49,393 nucleotides of DNA from Myxococcota bacterium (GTDB lineage: Bacteria > Myxococcota_A > UBA9160 > PR03): positions 1 through 49,393 of the forward strand of contig JALOQG010000001.1 in the NCBI GenBank assembly GCA_025453505.1. Direction: 5' to 3'. The notes under the pieces were generated by a model that had not been told where the DNA came from, did not search any database, and worked only from the letters and a program-made list of their open reading frames with translations. Position 1 is the stretch's first letter, and every line of letters begins with the position of its first letter. Below are positions 12,101 through 20,400 of the stretch, piece after piece. A program made the translations under genes and the position numbers.

Positions 12101-13848
12101 TGCGAGGCGACGTCGACGGGATCGCCCATCACGGCGAACTCGCGCAGCAGCGGACCGCTGACGTCGCCGGCGATGCCGAGCCCGGTGTGGATGCCCGCGT
12201 GCACGGAGAGCGGCGGCTCGATGCCCCGCTCGGCGTTGTAGGCGCGCACCCGCTCGCGCATCTCGATCGCCGCGTTGATCGCAGCGCGCGGCGCGTCCTC
12301 GATCGCCTCGGGCACGCCGAAGGTCGCCATCACGCAGTCGCCGAGATGCTTCTCGACGTGCCCGCCGTGATCGCGTGCGATGCCGTCGAGCAGATCGAGA
12401 CAGCCGGCGACGACCGGGTAGGCCGCCTCCGCGCCGAGCCGCTCGGTCATCGCGGTGAAGCCGCTGATGTCGGCGAACAGGATCGTCGCGCGACGCCGTT
12501 CGGCGTCGGCAGAGCGGGCGGCGCGATCGGCCTGCGCGCGTTCGGTCGCGAGCGCCGGCGCGAGGTGGACGCCGAGCACGAGACGTCCCGGGTGATCGCC
12601 GGCCCGTTCGAGGAGCAGCGCGCGCGCGTCCGGTGCGAGCGCGGCGTCCGGTGCGAGTGCGTCGACCAGACGCTCGGCGTCGGCTCGGCCCAGTCGGCCG
12701 AGCCGGATCTCGCGGCAGCATTCGCCGAGCGCGCGCGCGCACACGGCCAACGGCGCGTCGCTCGTCTCGGCCGTCACGACGAAGAGCAGCGGGCACTGCG
12801 TCGCGAGCGCGAGCGCCGGCGCCAGCGCGGCGAACGATTCCGGGTCGAGTCGCTCGACGTCCTCGATCACGACGAGGAGCGGCCGGGCCCGGGCGGACGC
12901 GGAGAGAGCGGTCGCCACGGCGGCGGACAGCGAGGCGGGATCCGTCGTGTCGATCGAAGCGCCGCCGAGCGCCGCGACGAGATCACGGGCGGCGCTTCCG
13001 CGCGCGGCGTCCTCGGAGGCCGGATGCAGGACGACGACCGCGATGCCGGCCAGCGCGGGCTCGGTGGCGAGATCCGCGAGCAGCCGCGAACGCCCCGAAC
13101 CGTCTTCGCCGAGCAGCGCGATCGCTCCGCCGCGGCCGCCGGCGAGCGCACCGATCGCATCGGCGAGCGCCGCGCGTTCGGCGTCGCGGCCGATCAGGCG
13201 CGCGGCGGGCGGATCCTCCGGCGCGAGTGTGCGTACCGCGCGCGAGCCGCGTACGCCGATCAGCTCCGCCGCTGCGACCGTCCGCGATTTGCCCTCGAGC
13301 GCGAGCGCCTCGAGCGGCGTCCAAGCGAAGCGGTCGCCGGCCTCGCGCACGCTCGCCGCGTCCCCGCGGATCGCGTCGAGACGGGCGCGCGCCTTGAGGC
13401 GCGCCGCGACATTGACGGTGTCGCCGAGCACGTGGAACTCGCGAACGACGCGGCCGCCGACGTCGCCCGCGACGATCGCGCCGGTCGCGATGCCCCCCTG
13501 GAGCGCGAGACGCACCGGGAGCCCGAGCGCGCGGTCGTAGGCGCGCACCTGCCGGCGCATGTCGAGGACCGCCTCCGCCGCGGCGCGCGCCGGACGCGCG
13601 AGCGGTGCGGGATGTCCGAACACGACCATCAGGCTGTCGCCCTGGTACTTGTCGACCGCGCCGCCGTGGCGGCGCGCGATCGCATCGAGCAGACGCAGAC
13701 AGCCCGTCACCGCGAGGTACGCGCGCTCCGGGCCGACGGATTGCGACAACGCCGTGAAGCCCGCGACGCCGACGAAGACGATCGTGGCGTCGACCCGGCG
13801 TGCCGCCGGCGGCTCGGGTCGGTGGCCGTCGCGTGCGGGGACATCCAT
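9145..13848 (-). CDS. Multidomain signalling protein: class III cyclase domain 1, degenerate P-loop NTPase, class III cyclase domain 2, STAND/AAA ATPase, helical/TPR-like C-terminal region
   Basis: 1567 aa. CHD1 spans about aa 20-195 (IVFVGVAGFT, KYQGDSLMVVFG, GDTVNVAARL). NTPase-like 1 has GEDGSGRSRL. CHD2 spans about aa 452-630 (ILFADISGFT, KHLGDCVMATFG, GDPVDVASQL). NTPase 2 has Walker A AEAGLGKSRL and Walker B VVFVMDDLHWAD. A helical region of about 650 aa follows. Confidence 0.9.
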   Translation of the reverse strand: MDVPARDGHRPEPPAARRVDATIVFVGVAGFTALSQSVGPERAYLAVTGCLRLLDAIARRHGGAVDKYQGDSLMVVFGHPAPLARPARAAAEAVLDMRRQVRAYDRALGLPVRLALQGGIATGAIVAGDVGGRVVREFHVLGDTVNVAARLKARARLDAIRGDAASVREAGDRFAWTPLEALALEGKSRTVAAAELIGVRGSRAVRTLAPEDPPAARLIGRDAERAALADAIGALAGGRGGAIALLGEDGSGRSRLLADLATEPALAGIAVVVLHPASEDAARGSAARDLVAALGGASIDTTDPASLSAAVATALSASARARPLLVVIEDVERLDPESFAALAPALALATQCPLLFVVTAETSDAPLAVCARALGECCREIRLGRLGRADAERLVDALAPDAALAPDARALLLERAGDHPGRLVLGVHLAPALATERAQADRAARSADAERRRATILFADISGFTAMTERLGAEAAYPVVAGCLDLLDGIARDHGGHVEKHLGDCVMATFGVPEAIEDAPRAAINAAIEMRERVRAYNAERGIEPPLSVHAGIHTGLGIAGDVSGPLLREFAVMGDPVDVASQLTDWAEAGQIFVGADTERLVRGVFEFAPLAPLTLAGHDAPIAAFELRSDRVQRHRERAGRGRRVFSPLVGRGSELATLRERLVALAGGHGGAVALQAEAGLGKSRLVAELAASPEAASLTWLEGRSLSTGRSLRFHPFADLLRGWAGIGDADDEGAARAKLDALAGRWLPGEAQDAAPLLANLVGLRLDAPQRARIERIAGDAREKLLHRTIGQLLRGAASDRPVVFVMDDLHWADESSIELLAALLPLAREHAILFAFVARPGHTATADRAEASARAAGVDLLVVRLEPLPRGAARELLANLFATDALPHATRATIEDRAQGNPFFLEEVVRALVDAGAVEHDPDGRFRATDRIHEVTIPDTLHGVVMARVDRLPAQRRSLLQLASVIGRSFHEAVLVGVLGEATRVAEDLLRLAEAEFLVPWDRSSGVEWAFAHPLLHEVVYDGLLETRREELHRSVARAIEERLPDTVPGRAGMLAWHYGKGGDATRAEEFLFRAGEDAARVAASSEALHFFQEASKLYLARHGAGGDPARKARLAHHVALALFHRGRLLEADEHYQQALEHLGVRVPRSNGRLVAAFARDALAVLAQLVSPGRMAARPARDVDREIIAIMYERAQTQTTASPTRFVFDSVATLARLGRVDPSTVPGAGAMYAGAVGIFSYGGVSFAIGRRFLARARRLVRDDDVRDRVHYRMMSQLHHVLAGHWSDAHVADEALLEDGLRYGRLWEVTNSLNLDGLRRLYRGDWDAAATCAERLAKIADQYRYDLAASAQRFLVAMTRLERRDLGGAIAALDEYLDEHAEPAFQVSALGHRAVAQWLAGDAEGARASLARGEQRLQGAGRLLPYHACDLLRARQILDVARLEEPGAGRRERRNAARSRSAALRLATRVAWRRPEVLRSAGTEAWIVGRHDTAQRRWNESLDVAGSLGMRPELARTRLEMGRRLAATNDSAVALLAAARDGFAALGLAAERDVAAALCDRT

Positions 13849-14021
13849 GCGCGCGACAGGATATCGGCGTGAGACGGTGTCGCCGCGGCGGGTCGGCCCT
13901 GCAGCATGCGACGGGCGCGGATCGCGCGAGGCGTGCTAGTCGTTGCCGCCGCCGACCGGAGCCGCGTCGCACTCCGCGGCTCCCTCTCGGCTCCGGCCAT
14001 CCGCAACAGGAGAGGGCGCGC

Positions 14022-14849
14022 GTGCAGACCTTCGTCCTTCCCGGCTACCGCTCCCTGCGTCGCGTGGCGATCGGGCTGCTCTGTGCCGCAGCGCTCGGGG
14101 GCGCGTTCGCGCCCGAGGCGCGCGCGCAGGCGTCCGCCGAGGACGTCGAGCGCTGTCTGCGCCAGAACCTGCCGAAGCGGTCGAGCGTCCAGACGATGCG
14201 CTTCGACACGCGCGATCGCATGGGCAACACGCGCCGCATCGAGGGGAAGATCTTCTGGCGGCGCGGCGAGAGCGACGCGCACTCGAAGACGCTGGTCCGC
14301 ATCGAGGCCCCGCCCGAGCTGCGCGGATCGTCCTATCTGCTGCTCGAGAAGCCCGACGTGCTCGACATCTTCGTCTACCTGCCCGAGTTCCAGAAGGTGC
14401 GCCGCATCACGCCGCACGCGCTCGCGGGCTCGCTCTTCGGCACCGACTTCTCGTACGAGGACATGATGCGCCTGCGCCACGTCTTCGAGCGCCAGCGCGC
14501 CGAACGCCTCGCCGACGAGCGCGTCGGCGAGCGCGACGCGTTCGTCGTACAGCTCGTGCCGCCGCCGGAGTCGGGTTCGGCGTACGAGCGCGTCAAGGCG
14601 TGGGTCGATCAGAAGAGCTGCGTGCCGCTGCGCATGGAGTTCGTCGCGAAGGGCGGCTCGCTCGCCAAGGAACTCACCTCGGATCCCGCGACGTTTTCGC
14701 AGCGCGGCTCGATCTGGGTGGCGAGCGCCTTCGTGCTGCGCGACCTGCACGAGCAGACCGAGACCGCGCTCGAGCTCGGCGAGATCGAGGCGGACGTCGA
14801 CCTGCCCGACCGGCTCTTCAGCGAGCGGGCGCTCGCCCAGGGCAACTGA
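14022..14849 (+). CDS. Periplasmic LolA-like outer membrane lipoprotein-sorting family protein
   Basis: GTG at 14022 follows AGGAGAG (14008-14014). Signal peptide is RRVAIGLLCAAALGGAFAPEARAQ. The body (LLLEKPDVLDIFVYLPEFQKVRRI...GTDFSYEDM) resembles the LolA_like family that is usually encoded next to MMPL/RND exporters. Confidence 0.8.
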   Translation: MQTFVLPGYRSLRRVAIGLLCAAALGGAFAPEARAQASAEDVERCLRQNLPKRSSVQTMRFDTRDRMGNTRRIEGKIFWRRGESDAHSKTLVRIEAPPELRGSSYLLLEKPDVLDIFVYLPEFQKVRRITPHALAGSLFGTDFSYEDMMRLRHVFERQRAERLADERVGERDAFVVQLVPPPESGSAYERVKAWVDQKSCVPLRMEFVAKGGSLAKELTSDPATFSQRGSIWVASAFVLRDLHEQTETALELGEIEADVDLPDRLFSERALAQGN

Positions 14850-17485
14850 TTCGGCTGCTGGCGGGCATCGCGTCGCGACCGGGCCGGGTGCTCGCCGTCG
14901 CCGCGCTGGTCACGGCGGGCGCGCTCGCCGGGCTCGTCGATCTGCGCACCGGCGCGGTGCGGCTGAGCGTCGATCCCTCGGCCGTGCACCTGCTCCCCGC
15001 CACCGGCCCGGAGCGCGATCAATACGAGCGCGCCCGCCAGCTCTTCGGCGCCGAGGAGCCGTTCGTCGTCGCGCTCGCGGCCGACGACGTGTTCCGTCCC
15101 GACGTCCTGCGCCGCGTCGCGACGCTGAGTGCGGAGCTCGCGGCGCTGCCCGAGATCCACCACGTCGTGTCGCTCGCGACGGCGCCCGACGTGATCGCGA
15201 GCGAGAACGGCGACATCGAGCTGCGTCCGATCCTCGACGCGATTCCCGAGCGTCCCGAGGAGCTCGCGGCGCTGCGCGCGCGCACGCTCGGCAATCCGCT
15301 CTACCGCGGCACGCTGGTCGCCGACGACGCTCGCACCGTGGCGCTCTTCGCGTACCCGGATCGGCTCTCGTCGCGCGATCTGCTGGCCAGCGGCGTCGCC
15401 GATCGCGTCGAGGTCGCCGCGCGCGCGCACGCCGGAGCCGGCGTCGAGGTGTTCGTCAGCGGCATTCCGTTCGCGACCGCGAAGCTCTCCGACCTGCTGC
15501 TGCGCGAGCTGCGCACGCTGTTGCCGCTCACCGTGCTCGTGCTCTGCGTCGTGCTCGCCTTCGCGTTCCGATCGGTGCTCGGCGTCGTGCTGCCGATCAC
15601 GTCGGTGTCGCTCGCGCTCGTGTGGACGCTCGGCGTGATGGCCTGGACGGGCCGCTCGCTGAACCTCGTGACGGCGATCCTGCCTCCGCTCGTCGTCACG
15701 GTCGGCCTCGCGTACGCGATGCACGTCGTCGCGGATTTCGGCGCGCGGCTCGCCGAAATTCCCCGCGATCGCGCGGGGCGCATGCAGCTCGCCGGCGAAG
15801 TGGTCGGCGAGATCGGCGTCTCGGTGCTGCTGGCGGGCATGACCACGCTCGCGGGCTTCCTCTCGCTCGCGCTCTCGCCGATCGCGGCGATCCGCGAGCT
15901 CGCGCTCTTCGCGGTGCTCGGCGTCGCGTTCGCGGTCGTGTCGGCGATCACGGTCACGCCCGCGCTGCTCGCGGTACTGCCCGGCACCCCGGTGCGCGCG
16001 CCGCGCGGCGGCGATTGGCTGGGACGCAAGGCCGGCTCGCTCGCGGACTTCGCGGTGCGCCGCCGCGCTCTCATCGTGTCGGTGGCGGCCCTCGCGGTCG
16101 CTTTCGGTGCGTGGGGCGCACGCCGCATCGAGACGGCGACCGAGTTCGTCGGCAACCTCGATCGCAGCACGCAGATGCGCGCCGACTACGAGGCGATCAA
16201 CGCGCGGCTCGGCGGCGCCAACCTGATCCAGATCGCGATCGATTCGCCGCTGGAGCAGGCGTTTCTCGAGCCGGCGAACCTGCGCGTGCTCACCGAGCTG
16301 ACGCAATGGCTCGGCGCGCAACCGGAGATCGGCGGCGCGGTGTCGCTGGCCGACTACGTGGCGCTGGTGAATCACGCCATGTCGGACGGCGATCCCGCGG
16401 CGCTGCGTGTGCCCGACACGAAGCGCGCCGTCGGTCAGCTCCTGCTCTTCGGCGCCAGCGACGAGACCGAACGCCTGACCGACGCGCGCTATCAGACCGC
16501 GAACGTCGTGGTGCGTGCCAGCGTCGGCGACTCACGCGGCGTGGCGGCGCTGGTCGATTGCATCGAGACGCGGCTCGCCGCGCTGCCCGAGCCCCTGCAC
16601 GCGACGGTGACGGGCAACGTCGTGCTCTTCGGCAAGAGCCTCGACGACCTCGCCGGCGGCCAGTGGGCGAGCCTCGGCGCCGCCTTCCTGATGATCTACG
16701 CGTGTCTCGCCGCGCTCTTCACCTCGCTCCTCGTCGGTTCGATCGCGCTCGGCATCGCCGCCGACGACACGATCCACACCATGGCGCGCTTCAACACCGA
16801 GGCGCGCCGGCTCGGCGACGAGCGGCGCGCGATCGACGCGGCCCTGCGCGGCGTGATCCGGCCGATCACGTTCACGCTCGTGGGACTCTGCCTCGGCTTC
16901 TCGGTGCTCGGATTCTCCGAGCTGCGTTCGCAAGCGGAGTTCGGCCTGCTCGCGGCCGCGACGCTGGCGGTCGGCTGGGTGGTGGACATGACGCTGACGC
17001 CGGCGCTCTGCGCGGGCGTGCGCGTGGTGACGCTGTGGGACGTGCTGACGCTCGATCTCGGCGCCGATCCCGCGCGCGAGATCCCGCTCTTCGCCGGCAT
17101 GAGCCGCCAGCAGATGCGGATCTTCGTGCTGCTCGCGTCGCCGCGTACGCTCGCCGCCGGCGAGCTGCTCTTCCGCGAGGGCGATCCGGCGCGGCACGGA
17201 TACCTGGTCCTGGAAGGACGCCTCGAGACGTCGGTGGACCGCGACGGCGAACGCATCGTGCTCGAGCCGATCGAACGCGGGGACACCACGGGCGAGATCG
17301 GCCTTTTCGCGATGCGGCGCAGCGCCGACGTGCGCGCGCTCGCGCCGACGCGGCTGGTGCGCTTCGACGGCGAAGATCTCGAGCGGCTGCGGCTCCGCTC
17401 GCCGCGCACCGCCGCGCTGCTGTATCGCAACCTGAACCGGATCCAGTCCGAGCGCCAGCTCGTGACCAGCGTCCGGGTGCGCTGA
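14846..17485 (+). CDS. MMPL/RND-superfamily exporter (COG1033-type) fused to a C-terminal cyclic-nucleotide-binding domain
   Basis: Two-lobed RND layout. The first bundle has FRSVLGVVLPITSVSLALVWTLGVMAWTGRSLNLVTAILPPLVVTVGLAYAMH and the second has IALGIAADDTIH. The C-terminus (about 17078-17470) has a CAP-type cNMP domain (LFAGMS..., GEIGLFAMRRSADVRA). The start is uncertain: no ATG/GTG/TTG precedes the conserved N-terminus. Candidates are CTG at 14846 (overlapping the upstream TGA) or GTG at 14888. Confidence 0.85.
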   Translation: MIRLLAGIASRPGRVLAVAALVTAGALAGLVDLRTGAVRLSVDPSAVHLLPATGPERDQYERARQLFGAEEPFVVALAADDVFRPDVLRRVATLSAELAALPEIHHVVSLATAPDVIASENGDIELRPILDAIPERPEELAALRARTLGNPLYRGTLVADDARTVALFAYPDRLSSRDLLASGVADRVEVAARAHAGAGVEVFVSGIPFATAKLSDLLLRELRTLLPLTVLVLCVVLAFAFRSVLGVVLPITSVSLALVWTLGVMAWTGRSLNLVTAILPPLVVTVGLAYAMHVVADFGARLAEIPRDRAGRMQLAGEVVGEIGVSVLLAGMTTLAGFLSLALSPIAAIRELALFAVLGVAFAVVSAITVTPALLAVLPGTPVRAPRGGDWLGRKAGSLADFAVRRRALIVSVAALAVAFGAWGARRIETATEFVGNLDRSTQMRADYEAINARLGGANLIQIAIDSPLEQAFLEPANLRVLTELTQWLGAQPEIGGAVSLADYVALVNHAMSDGDPAALRVPDTKRAVGQLLLFGASDETERLTDARYQTANVVVRASVGDSRGVAALVDCIETRLAALPEPLHATVTGNVVLFGKSLDDLAGGQWASLGAAFLMIYACLAALFTSLLVGSIALGIAADDTIHTMARFNTEARRLGDERRAIDAALRGVIRPITFTLVGLCLGFSVLGFSELRSQAEFGLLAAATLAVGWVVDMTLTPALCAGVRVVTLWDVLTLDLGADPAREIPLFAGMSRQQMRIFVLLASPRTLAAGELLFREGDPARHGYLVLEGRLETSVDRDGERIVLEPIERGDTTGEIGLFAMRRSADVRALAPTRLVRFDGEDLERLRLRSPRTAALLYRNLNRIQSERQLVTSVRVR

Positions 17486-17486
17486 G

Positions 17487-20400
17487 ATGGCGCGACTCGT
17501 CGACGTGCGCGCCGACGAGCGCGAGCGCTTCGGCTGGTTCGCCGCGCTGGCGGCGCTGCTCGCGTTCGGACAGATGCTGGGCCAGGCCGGCACCGAGTCG
17601 CTCTTCCTCGCGCGGCTCGGTGCGGAACGCCTGCCCGAGGCGTTCGTATTCGCGTCGATCTCGACGGTGGCGGCGTCGCTCCTCTACGCGATGCGCGTCG
17701 GGCACGCGCGCAACGACCGCGTCGCCGTCGAGCTGCTGGGGCTCGCCGTCGTCGCGATCGGCGCCGGCGCCTTCGCGCTGCGGCAGGGCTCGGAGATCGC
17801 GCTCGTCGCGCTCTTCTGTCTCTTCTTCGCGACGCAGGCGGTGCTGATCGGTCACTTCTGGACGCTGCTCGGCGACTTCTTCGACACGCTGGCGGCCAAG
17901 CGCGTGGTGCCCCTCTGTACCGTGGGACTCTCGTTCGGCGGCGCCCTCGGCGGCGGAGCGGCGCTCGGCGTCGTGTCGACGTTGCCGGCGGAGATGTTGC
18001 TGGTCGGCTGGGCGCTGGGTCTCGTGGCCGCGGCGGTGCTGGTCGCGACCTCGCACGGCCGGCTCGCGCGGTGGCGCGCCGTCTCGCAGGGCGAGGAGGA
18101 CGAGACGTCGGTCGAGGGGCTGCGCGCCGCCGTGCGCTACCTGCGCGGCTCGCGGCTCGGCCGCCGGCTCTTCGTATCGGCGCTGACGATGGTGCTCGCG
18201 CTCTTCGTCGCGCAGTACCTCTACTCCGCGCGGATCGCGGCGGCGTTTCCGGACGAAGCGGAGCTGGCGCGCTTTCTCGCGATCTACCTGATGGTGAGCA
18301 ACGCCGTCGAGATCGGGGTCGAACTCTTTGTGACGCCTTTCGCCATCCGGCGCCTCGGCGTTCCCGCGGCGAACCTGATCCAGCCGCTCGCGACGCTCGC
18401 GACCTTCGTCGGACTCGGCTTCGCGCCGGGGCTGCCGGTGGCGGTGCTGGCGCGCGCCAACCGCGAGCTGCTGGACAACGCGCTCGCCGCGCCCGTGCGC
18501 ACGCTCGCGGCGAACGCGCTGCCCGATCGCTTCCGCGCCCGCGTGCGCGCCTTCCTCGAAGGCATCGTGGTGTATGCGGGCATGTCGCTCGCCGGCGTCG
18601 TCCTGCTGCTCGCGCGCGATCTCCCCGCCGAATCGCTGGTGCTCGCCGGTGCGGCGCTCGCCGGGCTGCATTTCCTCGCGAATCTCGGCGTGCGACGGCA
18701 GTACGTCGCGGCGATCGTCGGCGAGCTGCGGGCCGGTCGCTTCGACTGGCACGCGCTCGGCGACGAGATCGGCGCGCACGAGGTCGAGTCGCTGGCCGCG
18801 CTCTGGGAGCGCCTGGTCCGCGAGACGCCCGGCGATCCGGGACCCGCGCTGCTCGATCTGCCTCCGCTGCTCGTGCGCCACGGTCTCACGGCGCCGGTCC
18901 GCACGGCACTCGGACATCCGAGCCCGGCGCTGCGCGCGGCGTGTCTCGCGGCGCTCGCGGCTGCGCCCGAGGCGCAGGCGGATCCGGCGTTCTGGTTGCG
19001 CGTACTCGGCGACTCCGACGCAGACGTGCGTCGCGCGGCGCTGCGCCTGCTGCCCGACGCGCTGCTGGCCGGACCCGAGGTCCACGGCGCGCTGCGCGCG
19101 CTGCGCGACGACGCGGACCCGCGCGTGCGCGCCGCCGCCGCGCGCCGCCTCGGCGCCGAGGGCGAGCCGCTCTTCGCCGCGTTGCTGGCGTCGCCGGACA
19201 CCGGGAACGTCGCAGCGGCGCTCGAGTCGCTGCCGCCGGCGCTCGCCGGTGCGGCGGTCGCGCGGCTCGCGGATCCGGATGCGCGCCTGCGCGCGGCGGC
19301 GCTCGACGCGCTCGCGCGCGGTGGCGCGGAAGCGTCGCTCCAACCGCTCGCGACCTCGCGCCTCGCCGATCCGGACGCGCGCGTGCGGCGCGCGGCGGTT
19401 CGCGCCGTGGCCGGTACGGGTGCAGACGCGGCGGCGATCGCGCCGGCGCTTCGCGACCCCGCCCGCGAGGTGCGCAGCGAAGCGGTGCGCGCACTGGTGG
19501 AGCAGGGGGATCGCGGCGCCGTCGCGGCGCGTCCCTTGCTCGACGCGGGCGAGGAGTTCGCGGTGGGCGCGGCGTTGCGCGTGCTCGGCGCGGTGGGCTC
19601 GCCGTGGGCGGTCGCTTCGTTGCGCGAGCACTACGCGGCGCGCGTGCGCGAGGCCGTGCAGGCGTTCCTGTGCGCTCGCGTGTTCGCGACGACCGACGGC
19701 GTGCCCGTCTTCGTCGCGGCGGCCGGCAGCGACGCCCTCGCGCGCGCGCTGCGTCTCGCATGGCGTTCGCTGGCGCGGATCGAGGACGAGCGCGTCGTGC
19801 GCAGTGCCGAGCGTTCGCTGCGCGGCGCCACCGGCCGCATGCGCGCGGACGCGCTCGAAGTGCTCTCGCAGCTCGGAGACCGCGAGGCCTCGCAGCGCCT
19901 CGTGCTGCTGCTCGAGCCGATGCCCGTCGAAGAGAAGATCGAGGCGCTGCGTTCGTGGGGGCGTGTGCCGCGCGATGCGGCCGAAGCCATGACGCATGCC
20001 GCGGCGCTGTCGTCACCATGGATCCGGCTCGCGGTGCGCCGCCGGACGGATGCCGAGGAGATCCAGATGGAACGCCTGCTCTCGCTGCGCCAGGTCTCGT
20101 TGTTCGCGCACATGAGCCTCGAACGCCTGCACGCGGTCGAGCGCATCCTGCGCGACGCCGAGTACGTGCAGGGCGAGGTGATCCTGCGCGAACACGAGCC
20201 CGGCGACGACCTGTACCTGCTGGTCGAAGGCCACGTCGACGTGCTGCGCGGCGCGGGCACGCCGGGCGAGATGCTGCTCAACCGGCTCGGGCCGGGCGCC
20301 TACTTCGGCGAGATGGCCGTCCTCGACGGCACGCCGCGCAGCGCGACGATCGTCGCGGCGGGACCGGTGCGCGTGCTGGTGCTCGAAGGGGAGCGCCTGC

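Noticed and set aside
9149-12796. Upstream 1200 codons of the 1735-aa minus-strand ORF that ends as lnt
   Set aside because: Only the last 519 codons show Lnt features. The upstream part is an Arg/Ala/Pro-rich alternative frame of the cyclase gene, and a GTG start at 9148 with stop/start overlap explains the real gene.
9007-13872. 1621-aa plus-strand ORF covering the whole cyclase locus
   Set aside because: It is antisense to a gene with clear cyclase/STAND motifs. Its own translation is Arg/Ala/Gly/Glu-rich low complexity with no recognisable motif. This is a typical stop-poor shadow frame in about 70% GC DNA.
16872-19997. 1041-aa minus-strand ORF, plus the other long ORFs (18071-20593 +, 15622-17847 +, 14609-16375 -) across the transporter operon
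   Set aside because: They are shadow frames of the RND and TLC-HEAT genes. Composition is dominated by Arg/Ala/Gly/Asp, with no TM pattern or catalytic motif.
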